From: Bacteroidota bacterium
GTDB lineage: Bacteria > Bacteroidota > Ignavibacteria > Ignavibacteriales > Ignavibacteriaceae
DNA length: 64,000 nucleotides
Direction: 5' to 3'
Assembly: GCA_020161395.1 (NCBI GenBank)
Contig: JAIUOE010000014.1
Span: forward strand, 18,746-82,745
The position numbers and the translations under genes were made by a program. Below are positions 54,657 through 64,000 of the stretch, piece by piece. The notes below the pieces were generated by a model that was not told the DNA's origin, did no database searches, and saw only the letters and a list, made by a program, of their open reading frames with translations. Positions within the stretch are counted from its first letter, which is position 1, and every line of letters begins with the position of its first letter.

Positions 54657-55811
54657 ATGAGCAAGAGAGATTATTATGAAGTGCTTGGTGTGGCTAAAAC
54701 TGCTTCAAAGGATGAAATAAAGTCTTCCTACAGAAAAATTGCTATGCAATTTCATCCTGACAGGAATCCCGACAATAAGGAAGCAGAAGAAAAATTTAAA
54801 GAAGCCGCCGAAGCATATGAAGTATTAAGTGACGATGAGAAAAGAGCGAAATACGACAGATTCGGTCACCAGGCTTTCGGAGCCGGCGGAGGTCAGCAGG
54901 GATTTACGGATATCAACGACATATTCTCCCATTTTTCGGATGTTTTCGGAGGTGGCGGGTCGATTTTTGATGACTTCTTCGGCGGAGGCAGAAGAGGTTC
55001 CGGAGGCGGCAAAAGAAGAAGTACCGGTACTCCCGGCAGCGATCTGCGGGTAACCCTCAAATTAAAACTTGAAGAAATTGCCACCGGCACTACAAAGACT
55101 ATCAAAATCAATAAATTTGTAAAATGCGATTCCTGTACTGGAAGCGGTTCAGAAGGTGGTGCCAGCAAAAAGACATGCCCTGCATGTAACGGTTCAGGTG
55201 AGATCAGAAATGTTTCCCGCTCTGTCTTCGGACAGTTCGTAAATATCCAGCCGTGTGCCAACTGTAACGGCGAGGGAAGTGTAATCGACAAACCCTGCAA
55301 GAAATGTCACGGTGACGGAAGAACCAAAAGCGAAGTCACTGAAACTATCGAAGTGCCAGCCGGTGTAAGCGATGAGATGCAGTTGAGTCTAAGAGGTAGA
55401 GGAAATGCCGGTTTAAGAGGTGGGCCAAACGGTGATCTCCTCGTCGGATTTCAGGAGATAGAACACGAGCACTTCAAAAGAGACGGTTCCGATGTCCTAT
55501 ATCAACTTCATATAAGTTTCCCGCAGGCTGTGTTTGGAGATGAAGTTGAAATACCGACCCTTACCGGAAAAGTAAAACTTTCAGTTGAGGCAGGTACAAG
55601 CGCCGGCAAGATACTCAGACTTGCAGGGAAAGGCCTGCCAAATGTGAATGACAGAAGCCATCGAAAAGGTGACCAGCTTGTCCAGGTAAATATTATTGTG
55701 CCAAAGAAAACAAACGCAAGAGAAAAAGAACTTTTGAAAGAGTTGCAGTCACAACCCAATATTTCGGGTTCAGAAGATAAAAGCGGTTTCTTTAAGAAAT
55801 TCGGATTGTAG
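54657..55811 (+). CDS. dnaJ: molecular chaperone DnaJ
   Basis: J-domain with HPDRNP, a G/F-rich linker, and four CxxCxGxG zinc-finger repeats. Confidence 0.95.
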   Translation: MSKRDYYEVLGVAKTASKDEIKSSYRKIAMQFHPDRNPDNKEAEEKFKEAAEAYEVLSDDEKRAKYDRFGHQAFGAGGGQQGFTDINDIFSHFSDVFGGGGSIFDDFFGGGRRGSGGGKRRSTGTPGSDLRVTLKLKLEEIATGTTKTIKINKFVKCDSCTGSGSEGGASKKTCPACNGSGEIRNVSRSVFGQFVNIQPCANCNGEGSVIDKPCKKCHGDGRTKSEVTETIEVPAGVSDEMQLSLRGRGNAGLRGGPNGDLLVGFQEIEHEHFKRDGSDVLYQLHISFPQAVFGDEVEIPTLTGKVKLSVEAGTSAGKILRLAGKGLPNVNDRSHRKGDQLVQVNIIVPKKTNAREKELLKELQSQPNISGSEDKSGFFKKFGL

Positions 55812-55818
55812 ATTTCAC

Positions 55819-56280
55819 TTGAAAAATTTGATCGAGCGCCTTTCAATAAAGTCAGGATTAACTAAACTGGAGGTCTCCGCACTTCTTTTTGTCCTGGCGG
55901 CAATTGTAACCGGCGCTCTGATTCAAATCTTTAGACCTGATGCAAAAGCTGAAATTCCACCGGCAAAGGAGAAATCCTCCGCTCAACTCCTGAAAGAGCA
56001 AACTGAAAAGGTAGAGAAGGATAAAGAAAAGAAAAAAGGATTAAAGGGTTCGGCGAATAAATCAACGGAAAGCGGTATCCCAAAAGACTCGTCGATAAAT
56101 ATAAACACGGCTACCATTGACGATTTTGCAAGAATTCCCGGGATTGGTGAGGAAATTGCTGCTCGTATCATTGAATCTAGAGTAAAATATGATGGGTTCG
56201 ACTCGATTGACCAGTTACTTAAGGTCAAAGGTATAGGAAAAAAAACTTTTGATAAGATTAAACGCTACCTGACCCTTTGA
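55819..56280 (+). CDS. ComEA-like helix-hairpin-helix DNA-binding protein
   Basis: N-terminal TM, K/E-rich linker, and tandem HhH motifs (ININTATIDDFARIPGIGEEIAARI; LLKVKGIGKKTFDKI). TTG start. Confidence 0.7.
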   Translation: MKNLIERLSIKSGLTKLEVSALLFVLAAIVTGALIQIFRPDAKAEIPPAKEKSSAQLLKEQTEKVEKDKEKKKGLKGSANKSTESGIPKDSSININTATIDDFARIPGIGEEIAARIIESRVKYDGFDSIDQLLKVKGIGKKTFDKIKRYLTL

Positions 56281-56281
56281 C

Positions 56282-56839
56282 ATGGAACAAGTAAAGAAAT
56301 TTTACAGAGACTATCAGTCGTTCATAAATCCGGGATTAATAATCATCCTTGGATTGTTTCTATTGAAGGTAGCATATTTTGATCCACTTCAGTTGACTCA
56401 ACTTGAAGAAAGCAACAAAAAAGAAGCCCGAAACCGCCTTCACAATCTCAGAACCGCACAAAGAGCGTATGTAGAAAAATATGGACATTTTGCCGGTAAC
56501 ATTGACGAGCTTATTAACTTTGTGAAGACTGCCGAGGCAGGGATAATTCTGGGCGGAATAAAAGGTCTCGACTCTTCACTCTTCAGTTTCAGAACCGACA
56601 ATGAGGGGGTATTGAGAGCAGACAGCTTAAAATACTCAACAAAGATTCATCAGCCATTTGCAATATTACTCGATTCTGTCAGAGTAATCGATTCAGTTTT
56701 TTCAGAAAAAGGGAAATTCATCAGAGTGGATACTTCAATTACCCGGGGAACAAGATTCAAAATAGTTGATCCGTCAGGATACGGAAGTATCGGAAATCTC
56801 TATTTTGATGCACTTAAATATTCAGCATCGTGGGAATAA
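56282..56839 (+). CDS. hypothetical membrane-anchored protein (weakly pilin-like helix)
   Basis: One TM segment (GLIIILGLFLLKVAYF), then ARNRLHNLRTAQRAYVEKYGHFAGNIDEL, which resembles the alpha1-C region of type IV pilin-like proteins. There is no prepilin cleavage motif. Confidence 0.4.
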   Translation: MEQVKKFYRDYQSFINPGLIIILGLFLLKVAYFDPLQLTQLEESNKKEARNRLHNLRTAQRAYVEKYGHFAGNIDELINFVKTAEAGIILGGIKGLDSSLFSFRTDNEGVLRADSLKYSTKIHQPFAILLDSVRVIDSVFSEKGKFIRVDTSITRGTRFKIVDPSGYGSIGNLYFDALKYSASWE

Positions 56840-56840
56840 T

Positions 56841-57707
56841 ATGAACCGGATTCTGCTCGAGATAAAATTTGACTCAATCTCCATCAAAAATGTGAACCCG
56901 AAGGAGGAGTCAGTTGATAAAATACCTTTGAATTACTCAATTCTTGAAGGTTCATCCATCAAGAGTATCAACCCTGAAAATGCAGCGAGGCTGAAAGACG
57001 ATCTCCTTTACTCGATTGGTAAAGCGAATCTGATGGATTCCACTGTTTATCTTATTTTTCCACAGGCAATGTTTCACACTTTCTCACTGCCGGCAAAACA
57101 GGGACTTTCGCGTCTTCAGCAGTACAACGAGTATAAGTTTGAAACAAAACTGATATTCCCCTATCTCACAGATGATTCCTTCTCGCTCGATGTTCAAAGG
57201 CTCGACTCCCCCGGATTCAGTTCACCTGATTATGAGTTGATTACCCTGATCGACAATTCCATTCTCACTTTTGCTGCCGAGATCAAAAACCATCTTAAGG
57301 CTCCAAAGACAAAAGTCACCATTCCATTTCTATCTCTAAGGAATTTTATAAAGAGATACTTTCCCGAAGAACAGTCATCGGTTCTGCTTCATCTCTCGGG
57401 AAGCAGCATCATCCTCTCAGCGATAAAAGGAAGGGCGATTACTTCCGTTTACTCCACAAATTTCATTGATGTCCCATCGGTACCTGATATCATCGATTCC
57501 TTTTTGCTGAATAATTCTGCCGGAAGGATCGATAAAGACACCCTTCATGCAGTCTATTTCAGCCTGGAGGATTATATGATAGGCTTGACTTCCCTCGTGG
57601 AAAAGTGGATGAATGTAAAAACGAAGGACAGCTTCTCCGGTTTTCCGCTTGGCAAAGTAAGCAAGATTCCTCCCGACCTCATGCAAGAGATCAGAAATGA
57701 GGCTTAG
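56841..57707 (+). CDS. hypothetical protein
   Basis: ORF taken from the ATG at 56841 (MNRILLEIKF), 1 nt after the upstream stop. The track ORF starts at 56766, inside the previous gene. No family recognised. Confidence 0.4.
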   Translation: MNRILLEIKFDSISIKNVNPKEESVDKIPLNYSILEGSSIKSINPENAARLKDDLLYSIGKANLMDSTVYLIFPQAMFHTFSLPAKQGLSRLQQYNEYKFETKLIFPYLTDDSFSLDVQRLDSPGFSSPDYELITLIDNSILTFAAEIKNHLKAPKTKVTIPFLSLRNFIKRYFPEEQSSVLLHLSGSSIILSAIKGRAITSVYSTNFIDVPSVPDIIDSFLLNNSAGRIDKDTLHAVYFSLEDYMIGLTSLVEKWMNVKTKDSFSGFPLGKVSKIPPDLMQEIRNEA

Positions 57708-58242
57708 AATCATCTCGGGTGAATTTGGAGGAAGATTCATAAAAACCCCCGACTCCAAATACACAAGACCCACAACAGACAAAGTAAAACAGTCGGTTTT
57801 TAACTATTTAGCCAATTTTTACGATTTTGACGGAGCAATTGTCGCCGATATTTACTCAGGCTCGGGATCACTTGGATTTGAAATGCTAAGCCGTGGAGCC
57901 AAAGAGGTTCATTTTGTAGAAAAAAATTACCCGGTCGTAAAGGTTCTTTCCGAAAATATCGCTTCTCTCGGGGTGGAAAAATCGACCAGCATCCATAAGA
58001 TGAGTGCCGTTTCTTTCACTGCATCCACAGCGTTAAAGTTTGATGTTATCATTGCTGACCCGCCGTTCTATGAATTTGACATCCATCAGGTGGTAAAGAA
58101 TATTATGAAACGGGGACTGGTAAATGAAGGAGGGCTGTTTCTTCTTGAAAGATCGATTCAGACTCTCGAAAAAGATACTGCAGAATTCGGCATTGAGCCG
58201 TTTAGACGAATTGGAGATACCTGTCTCTTCAGTTTTGAATAG
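57697..58242 (+). CDS. rsmD: 16S rRNA (guanine966-N2)-methyltransferase RsmD
   Basis: MRLRIISGEFGGRFIKTP..TRPTTDKVKQSVFN, SAM motif DIYSGSGSLGFE, catalytic IIADPPF. Confidence 0.85.
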   Translation: MRLRIISGEFGGRFIKTPDSKYTRPTTDKVKQSVFNYLANFYDFDGAIVADIYSGSGSLGFEMLSRGAKEVHFVEKNYPVVKVLSENIASLGVEKSTSIHKMSAVSFTASTALKFDVIIADPPFYEFDIHQVVKNIMKRGLVNEGGLFLLERSIQTLEKDTAEFGIEPFRRIGDTCLFSFE

Positions 58243-58269
58243 AAAAGACTGATAACCGGATTTAACTGA

Positions 58270-58854
58270 TTAAATTGAATTCAACCAGTTATTAATAATT
58301 TGTTGCCCCTCAACAGTTTCGATCGAATCAGGATGAAACTGCACACCCTCAACCGGTAATGTTTTATGCCTCAAACCCATAATTTCACCATCGGCTGTCC
58401 TGGAAGAAACAGCAAGCACTGATTTTTCTTCAGGTTCAGATACTGCAAGCGAATGGTAACGCATGCCTTTAAATTTTGCCGGAATTCCTTTGTATACTCC
58501 CTCACCATCGTGATTGATATAAAAAGCCTTTCCATGACATAATTCCCTCGCGGGTACCACTTTCAAACCGAACGACTCCCCTATCGCCTGATGCCCGAGA
58601 CATACCCCGAGAACCGGCAGCACACCTTTACATTTTGAAAGTATTTGCAAAAGAGAACCGGCATTACGGGGTGAACCGGGTCCCGGAGAAAGAACAACCC
58701 CTTTATAATCAGTAAGTTCAATCTTTTCCCAGTCCCGGTCATCGTTCTCTACCACGGTCACTTTTGCATTTCCCTGCCTTAGAAGTGCAATAAGATTCCA
58801 TGTAAATGAATCGTAATTGTCGACAACAAGTACTTTTTTACTTGAAAGGCTCAT
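58270..58854 (-). CDS. anthranilate / aminodeoxychorismate synthase glutamine amidotransferase component II
   Basis: VLVVDNYDSFTWNL, catalytic GVCLGHQ, and a C-terminal HP..S triad region (VQFHPDS). Confidence 0.85.
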   Translation of the reverse strand: MSLSSKKVLVVDNYDSFTWNLIALLRQGNAKVTVVENDDRDWEKIELTDYKGVVLSPGPGSPRNAGSLLQILSKCKGVLPVLGVCLGHQAIGESFGLKVVPARELCHGKAFYINHDGEGVYKGIPAKFKGMRYHSLAVSEPEEKSVLAVSSRTADGEIMGLRHKTLPVEGVQFHPDSIETVEGQQIINNWLNSI

Positions 58855-59971
58855 TCAGATACTGTTTGGCTTGTTTATGTGAGCCGTTATATTCGTTCAA
58901 TTTCAAAATTTCATTGTAGCATTTTATTGCTTCTTCCCGTTCTCCCATCTTGTCATGCATCATACCTTCATACAGGAGAGCATTGACGAAGTAACCGGAA
59001 GCCTCTTTTTTCTCTATCTTTCGTGAAAGCTCGACAGACTCTTTGAAGTAAATCTTCGAAGAATCCCACTGGCTGATTGCTTTGTAGTAAAATCCCAGAT
59101 AGTAGGTGGTTTCGCGTCTTAACTTGGTGGTGTAACCAAACTTCCCTTCCTTGCAACCGGCATACAGTTTTGTGTAAATCTCCTGGATAAGAGGATAATC
59201 ACCACGCATCACCGCAGCTCTGCCTCTCCATTTCAAGAAGACAGGATTTTCAGGGAACTGGTCAGTAAGCATCTTTGCATATTTTTCTGAGGAAGGAGCA
59301 TCCCTTTCAAATTCCTGGTAAAGTGTCATCAGGAAGTATTGTGCCTCATATTTTGCATATCTTCCTCTTTCGGCAACCCTCTGCAGGTCTTTTATTCCCT
59401 GTTGCTTGTCACCCGACGGAAAGAAAATCAGAAGAGGCTTTACTGCAGGGTACTCATCAGGAATAACCGAAATGTAGTAGGAATAAATGCCTGTTCCGAG
59501 GAGCACATCCGCATTTTTTGGTTGCAGTTTCAAAACCTTATTAACTATCGGAAGTGCTTCCCTGCCGTCATCTGCGGCTTTCAGCCAGCTTTCACGCAGT
59601 GCTCTGAGTCTCCCTCTGTAGCCAATGGCACCGGCTTTGAAGAAGAGGGCTTCGATATTATCGGGGTCTTTGTCTAAAATTTCCTCGCAGACGAAGATGA
59701 TGTCGTCAAGTTTCTTGTAAAAAAGATCATCTTTCGATTCATCTTCGAGATCGACCAGAATCTTCCACCAGTCTATCATCGACAGGTAGAATAGTCCCGC
59801 CGGTGATTTTGGATTCTCACGCAGAAGAGACCTGAATTTGGTCTCTGCAGCGGTGAAATTGAAGGAATACACATCTTTTATCCCTTCATCTACAATACTG
59901 CTGTTGGTTTGCGGATGAATTTGTTGGGAGATCAGTATAAAAAACAGGGGTAGAATGAGATATTTTTTCAT
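58838..59971 (-). CDS. secreted TPR-repeat protein
   Basis: Signal peptide MKKYLILPLFFILISQQIHPQ and several TPR-like helix pairs. Confidence 0.45.
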   Translation of the reverse strand: MKKYLILPLFFILISQQIHPQTNSSIVDEGIKDVYSFNFTAAETKFRSLLRENPKSPAGLFYLSMIDWWKILVDLEDESKDDLFYKKLDDIIFVCEEILDKDPDNIEALFFKAGAIGYRGRLRALRESWLKAADDGREALPIVNKVLKLQPKNADVLLGTGIYSYYISVIPDEYPAVKPLLIFFPSGDKQQGIKDLQRVAERGRYAKYEAQYFLMTLYQEFERDAPSSEKYAKMLTDQFPENPVFLKWRGRAAVMRGDYPLIQEIYTKLYAGCKEGKFGYTTKLRRETTYYLGFYYKAISQWDSSKIYFKESVELSRKIEKKEASGYFVNALLYEGMMHDKMGEREEAIKCYNEILKLNEYNGSHKQAKQYLNEPFK

Positions 59972-60085
59972 TGGTCAACTTATTTTTAATTAGTTAACGA
60001 ATTATACTAACAGATTTCGAAAGAAGTTTCATAAATTTTTAGCCCTGTAAACATGCCATGCTTTAAAAGCGACAGAGCATACTTT

Positions 60086-60119
60086 AAAGAAAAAGGCTGC
60101 TCCAAAAGAAACAGCCTTT
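60086..60119 (-). terminator. rho-independent terminator after glyQS
   Basis: The minus strand reads AAGGCTG-(12-nt loop)-CAGCCTT followed by TTTTCTTT. Confidence 0.65.
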
Positions 60120-60142
60120 ATCTGCATTTTCAATCGGAATAT

Positions 60143-61630
60143 CTAAGCAAGTTTCTCGGCAAGATAACCGGAAAGTCTGGAGGCATCAACGCGAATTTGT
60201 TCCATGCTGTCTCTTTCACGAACCGTTACACTGTTATCTTCAAGAGTCTGGGTATCGACAGTGATCGCATAAGGAGTTCCAATTTCGTCCATCCTTCTGT
60301 ATCTTCTTCCGATAGCTGCTTTGTCGTCATAGAATATTTTGTACCGTGATCTGAGATCAGCCTCAATTTTTTTGGCAAATTCGGGCATTCCATCTTTGTT
60401 AACCAAAGGAAGTATTGCTGCCTTGACGGGAGCAAGTCTTGGATGCAGGTGCAATACCGTTCTGATGTCACCTCCAAGGTCCTGTTCTTCGTAGGCATCA
60501 ATCAAAAACGCCATGAACGACCTGCTTGCACCGGCTGAAGTCTCGATGATATACGGCAGGTATCTTTCCTTTGAATCCTCATCATAAAATCTGAGACCCT
60601 TTTTGGAATATTGTTCATGCCTGCCCAGATCAAAATCTGTACGGTTATGAATTCCTTCAATCTCTCCCCAGCCGAACGGAAACTGATACTCAATGTCGGT
60701 AGCTTCTTTTGCGTAGTGAGCAAGTTTGTTGGCAGGATGGTCATGATATCTCAAATTCTCAGGTTTCATTCCAAGACTCTTAAACCAGTTGAGTCTTAGT
60801 TCTTTCCAGTAATCGTAATATTTTTTGTCTTCGTCCGGCTTTACAAAATACTGCATTTCCATCTGCTCAAACTCACGGGTTCTGAAGAGGAAATATCTCG
60901 TATTGATCTCATTTCTGAAGGCTTTCCCGATTTGAGCAATACCGAAGGGCACTTTCTGACGGGAAGCATTCTGTACATTCAGAAAATTCACAAAGATTCC
61001 CTGTGCCGTTTCCGGTCGAAGATAGATTGCTGAGCCTGTCTCTTCCACGGACCCTAAAAAAGTCTTAAACATAAGGTTAAACTTACGGGCAGAAGTGAAC
61101 GAACCCTTGTTACCGCAATTCGGACAATTTAATTCCTCAATCAATTTCGGAGCAAGTTCAGTTTCGAAAAGATCTACTATAAAATCGTTTACTTCTTCTG
61201 ATTTTGTTTCAACTGACTTTAACGAATCTTCGATTTTTGACTTCAGGTCACCCTCTTTGGCGACTGCAAGTAAAGCTTCGAGAAGTTTCGACTTCTTTTT
61301 TGCTGCAATCTGATCAATAAGATAATCCACTCTGAAACGGGCTTTACATGATTTACAATCGATCATCGGGTCTGTGAAATTTTCAACATGTCCTGATGCA
61401 ACCCACACTTCGGGAGACATAAGAATGGAAGCATCAAGTCCTTCAACATCTTCTCTGTATGTCATGAACTTCCACCACTCGTCTTTCAGATTACGCAGCA
61501 TCTCACTTCCCAATGGGCCGTAATCATAACATCCGTTCAAACCGCCATATATTTCACTGGACTGGTAAACAAATCCTTTTCGCTTCGCCAAGGAAATTAT
61601 TTTTTCCAAAACATCGCTCTTGGTCTTCAT
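60143..61630 (-). CDS. glyQS: glycine--tRNA ligase (dimeric class II GlyQS type)
   Basis: LEKIISLAKRKGFVYQSSEIYGGLNGCYDYGPLG N-terminus, class II motifs, and a C-terminal anticodon-binding domain. I chose the start at M22; the track ORF starts at 61693. Confidence 0.9.
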   Translation of the reverse strand: MKTKSDVLEKIISLAKRKGFVYQSSEIYGGLNGCYDYGPLGSEMLRNLKDEWWKFMTYREDVEGLDASILMSPEVWVASGHVENFTDPMIDCKSCKARFRVDYLIDQIAAKKKSKLLEALLAVAKEGDLKSKIEDSLKSVETKSEEVNDFIVDLFETELAPKLIEELNCPNCGNKGSFTSARKFNLMFKTFLGSVEETGSAIYLRPETAQGIFVNFLNVQNASRQKVPFGIAQIGKAFRNEINTRYFLFRTREFEQMEMQYFVKPDEDKKYYDYWKELRLNWFKSLGMKPENLRYHDHPANKLAHYAKEATDIEYQFPFGWGEIEGIHNRTDFDLGRHEQYSKKGLRFYDEDSKERYLPYIIETSAGASRSFMAFLIDAYEEQDLGGDIRTVLHLHPRLAPVKAAILPLVNKDGMPEFAKKIEADLRSRYKIFYDDKAAIGRRYRRMDEIGTPYAITVDTQTLEDNSVTVRERDSMEQIRVDASRLSGYLAEKLA

Positions 61631-61791
61631 CAATTCTCGTTCTCCGGAATAATAATTTTTAAAAAATTCAATCTTTAAATATAACCATATCATTGCAGTT
61701 GATACCGATATTATTATTCGGTTTAGCCCCTTCTTTTTACTATTTTTGTAAGATTTCCTTTAATATTTTATAAAACAATGCGAAGAACCAT

Positions 61792-63201
61792 TTGGATCTG
61801 AAACTATTCGACCTGCTCGACGATTATTATTTTCTCCTTGACATGGAAGGAAAGATTATTTCCGCAAGCAGACAGATTTACGACAGGCTTGGATATTCCC
61901 GTGATTCACTGAAAGAAATTGACTCAATACTTAGTCCTGAATCAATTCTCAAATTTGAACACTCTCTTATCAAGTGCGTCACCTCAAAGTCAAGGATTAC
62001 TTTCGACTGCCGAATTAAGGATGTCGAAAGCAGGTCTTACTATGACTGCTCAGCATTGTTCAATTGTGTCGAGGGGAACAAGGTTTTTCTGCAAATAAAG
62101 GATACTACTCTTTTCAGGAAGAACAAAACTGATCTGATCAGGTTCAAATACATCGCAGATCATACCATGAATCCGCTTCAAATCACAGACCTGACCGGAA
62201 GAATGATCTATGTAAATCCGGCATTTTCCGCAGAAAGCGGCTTCGATCAGAGAGAACTTATCGGATTCAACCCCAGAATCTTTGGCAGTGGCAAGCATTC
62301 CCAGATGCACTGGGAGAATATGTGGAAAACCATTTCATCCGGTTCAACATGGATTGGTGAAGTGGAGAACAAAAGGAAAAATGGCGAAACATTTTATTCG
62401 CAGTTGCAAATCACCCCAATGCATGATGAAGAAGGAAACCTGATTGGCTATTTTGGGATTCATCGTGATCTGGCTGACAAACGGAACCTGGAGAAGCAGC
62501 TTATTCATACTCAGAAGATGGAAAGTATCGGAACTCTTGCAGCGGGAGTGGCACATGAAGTTGGAAATCCACTCGCATCCATCTCCGCTTTAGCGCAAAT
62601 AATACAACGATCCACCGAAGATGAATTTATAAAAGAAAAACTTGAGCTTATTAAAAAACAGATTAACAGGATCTCAAAAATTATCAGAGACCTTGTCGAT
62701 TTCTCGCGGCCAAGCAATTACGAACTCAGATCTACGGATATCGGGCAAAATTTAAAGGAAGCGATTGAAATTGTCATGGTTGGCAAAAAAGCCAAAGATA
62801 TTAACTTTAAGTTCAATCAGCAGGAGGGTCATATTATCCCGCTGGTGTCTGATCAGATTCAACAGGTTTTTGTTAATATTCTTATTAATTCCGTGGATGC
62901 AATCCTCGAGATGAAAGAAAAATTTCCTGATCACCGTGGTGAGATTTCAGCAGAGACTTATGTTGAAGGTAGCTACCTCATAGTCGAGCTTGCGGATAAC
63001 GGCGTCGGTATCCCTGCAGACAAGCATGCAAAAATTTTCGAACCCTTTTATACTACAAAAGCAGTCGGAAAAGGTACGGGTTTGGGATTGTGGGTGAGTT
63101 ACGGGATTGTCAAAAGTTTTCAAGGGGATATTAAAATTTCAAGTAAACCCGGGAGGGGGACATCTTTCAAGATATCGCTCCCCTTAAACCCGATTTATTA
63201 A
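61792..63201 (+). CDS. PAS-domain sensor histidine kinase
   Basis: Two PAS-like segments (..TDLTGRMIYVNPAFSAESGF...GETFYSQLQITPMHDEEGNLIGYFGIHRDL), H-box AGVAHEVGNPLASI, N-box NILINSVDA, G1 DNGVGI, G2 GTGLGLWVS. The start codon is uncertain (TTG at 61792). Confidence 0.85.
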   Translation: MDLKLFDLLDDYYFLLDMEGKIISASRQIYDRLGYSRDSLKEIDSILSPESILKFEHSLIKCVTSKSRITFDCRIKDVESRSYYDCSALFNCVEGNKVFLQIKDTTLFRKNKTDLIRFKYIADHTMNPLQITDLTGRMIYVNPAFSAESGFDQRELIGFNPRIFGSGKHSQMHWENMWKTISSGSTWIGEVENKRKNGETFYSQLQITPMHDEEGNLIGYFGIHRDLADKRNLEKQLIHTQKMESIGTLAAGVAHEVGNPLASISALAQIIQRSTEDEFIKEKLELIKKQINRISKIIRDLVDFSRPSNYELRSTDIGQNLKEAIEIVMVGKKAKDINFKFNQQEGHIIPLVSDQIQQVFVNILINSVDAILEMKEKFPDHRGEISAETYVEGSYLIVELADNGVGIPADKHAKIFEPFYTTKAVGKGTGLGLWVSYGIVKSFQGDIKISSKPGRGTSFKISLPLNPIY

Positions 63202-63216
63202 GCTTACGGAGTGTAA

Positions 63217-64000
63217 ATGTCAAAGAAGATACTTGTTGTCGATGATGAAGACATTATAAGGGAATCAATCTCTTTTATCCTTCAGAAAGAAGGTTATCAG
63301 GTAGATTCCGCTGAAAACGGAGCAATAGCTTACGATATGGTGCAGCAAACAGAATATGACCTTGTTATTTCGGATATCGAAATGCCGGAGATGAAAGGGA
63401 TTGAGCTGCTCGAAAAGATTGTTCGTCTGAATCTTCACACTTCAGTTATTATGATCACAGCTTACGGATCTCTCGAAACTGCCATCAGGGCACTTCGTGC
63501 AGGCGCCGGCGACTATCTCCTGAAGCCCCTCGATTTTGATGAATTAACCGTAAAGGTCGCACGGGTCTTTCAGCTTAAAGAACTGATTAGTGAAAATCAG
63601 ATCCTGAAACATGAACTGCACCGCCAGTATGATTTTTCAAATATAATCGGTAAAAGCAAGAGGATGCAAAGCATCTTCAAAATGATCAGAGCTGTTTCAG
63701 AGACCGATTCAACGGTTCTTATTACCGGAAACAGCGGTACAGGGAAGGAACTGGTAGCCAAAGCCATCCACTTCAACAGCAAAAGGAAAAACAAACCGTT
63801 TATTGCAGTTAATTGTGGTGCCATATCAGAGACGCTGATTGAAAGCGAGCTTTTTGGGCACAAAAAAGGTTCATTCACAGGTGCCACCTACGACAAGGAA
63901 GGTTTTATTAAAGCCGCCGACGAGGGCACTCTCTTCCTCGACGAAGTAAGTGAGATGCCGCTTAATCTACAGGTAAAACTTTTAAGAGTATTGCAGGAAA
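63217..64000 (+). CDS. NtrC-family sigma-54-dependent response regulator (3' end outside window)
   Basis: My own translation from the ATG at 63217: [16 protein letters not shown]...[14 protein letters not shown]...LKP (receiver), then GNSGTGKE (Walker A), [21 protein letters not shown] (Walker B). The frame is open to the window end. Confidence 0.85.
   Translation, partial: MSKKILVVDDEDIIRESISFILQKEGYQVDSAENGAIAYDMVQQTEYDLVISDIEMPEMKGIELLEKIVRLNLHTSVIMITAYGSLETAIRALRAGAGDYLLKPLDFDELTVKVARVFQLKELISENQILKHELHRQYDFSNIIGKSKRMQSIFKMIRAVSETDSTVLITGNSGTGKELVAKAIHFNSKRKNKPFIAVNCGAISETLIESELFGHKKGSFTGATYDKEGFIKAADEGTLFLDEVSEMPLNLQVKLLRVLQE

Noticed and set aside
61631-61693. N-terminal extensions offered by the ORF track for glyQS (61693), the RND adaptor (40778), acyl-CoA dehydrogenase (27156), the GWxTD protein (9859), the LptE-like protein (15553) and the 313-aa ORF (56766).
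   Set aside because: In each case an internal Met gives the canonical family N-terminus or a signal peptide, and it removes an overlap with the upstream gene. I used the shorter coordinates.

Overview
This is a dense bacterial chromosomal segment with about 60 CDS. Nearly all genes lie on the minus strand up to ~52.6 kb, then on the plus strand to ~58.2 kb. I recognised no rRNA, tRNA, CRISPR array, transposase or integrase. Most content is housekeeping:
- tRNA and ribosome modification, translation and transcription: rimO, miaB, rsmD, glyQS, nusB.
- Lipid and envelope functions: cdsA, a GT9 glycosyltransferase, an LptE-like lipoprotein, a BamA-like protein, TonB, and an RND/TolC efflux operon.
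- Chaperones: hrcA-grpE-dnaJ.
- Metabolism and repair: nnr, acyl-CoA dehydrogenase.
- Respiration: a stand-alone nuoJKLMN membrane-arm operon.
- Signalling: two histidine kinases, a partial response regulator and two sigma-54 enhancer-binding proteins.

Gene content and synteny suggest an FCB-group organism (Ignavibacteria- or Rhodothermus-like). The clues are miaB...sigma-54 activator-lptE-like, a GWxTD protein, weak or absent Shine-Dalgarno sequences, and an nhaD-like gene inside the nuo operon. This taxonomic call is inference only.

The items most worth a second look are:
1. An AT-rich two-gene islet at 27.2-29.2 kb encoding an AAA_21-type ATPase translationally coupled to an RloB/Toprim-like protein. 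It is a candidate split OLD-like, AbiL/PARIS-like defence module, with an array of TTGCAA hexamers in its promoter region.
2. An NhaD-type ion transporter and an orphan 120-aa gene packed between nuoM and nuoN.
3. A cluster of a YidD-like protein and two paralogous TPR/membrane-hairpin proteins. It lies, together with an ACT-domain gene, between two exact 23-nt copies of (TAGGTAT)3GA, which places TAG in all three frames.
4. A secreted Trp/Tyr-rich protein with 60-bp in-frame tandem repeats, preceded by a near-consensus sigma-54 promoter.

All functional calls come from reading motifs in the supplied translations. No database search was run.
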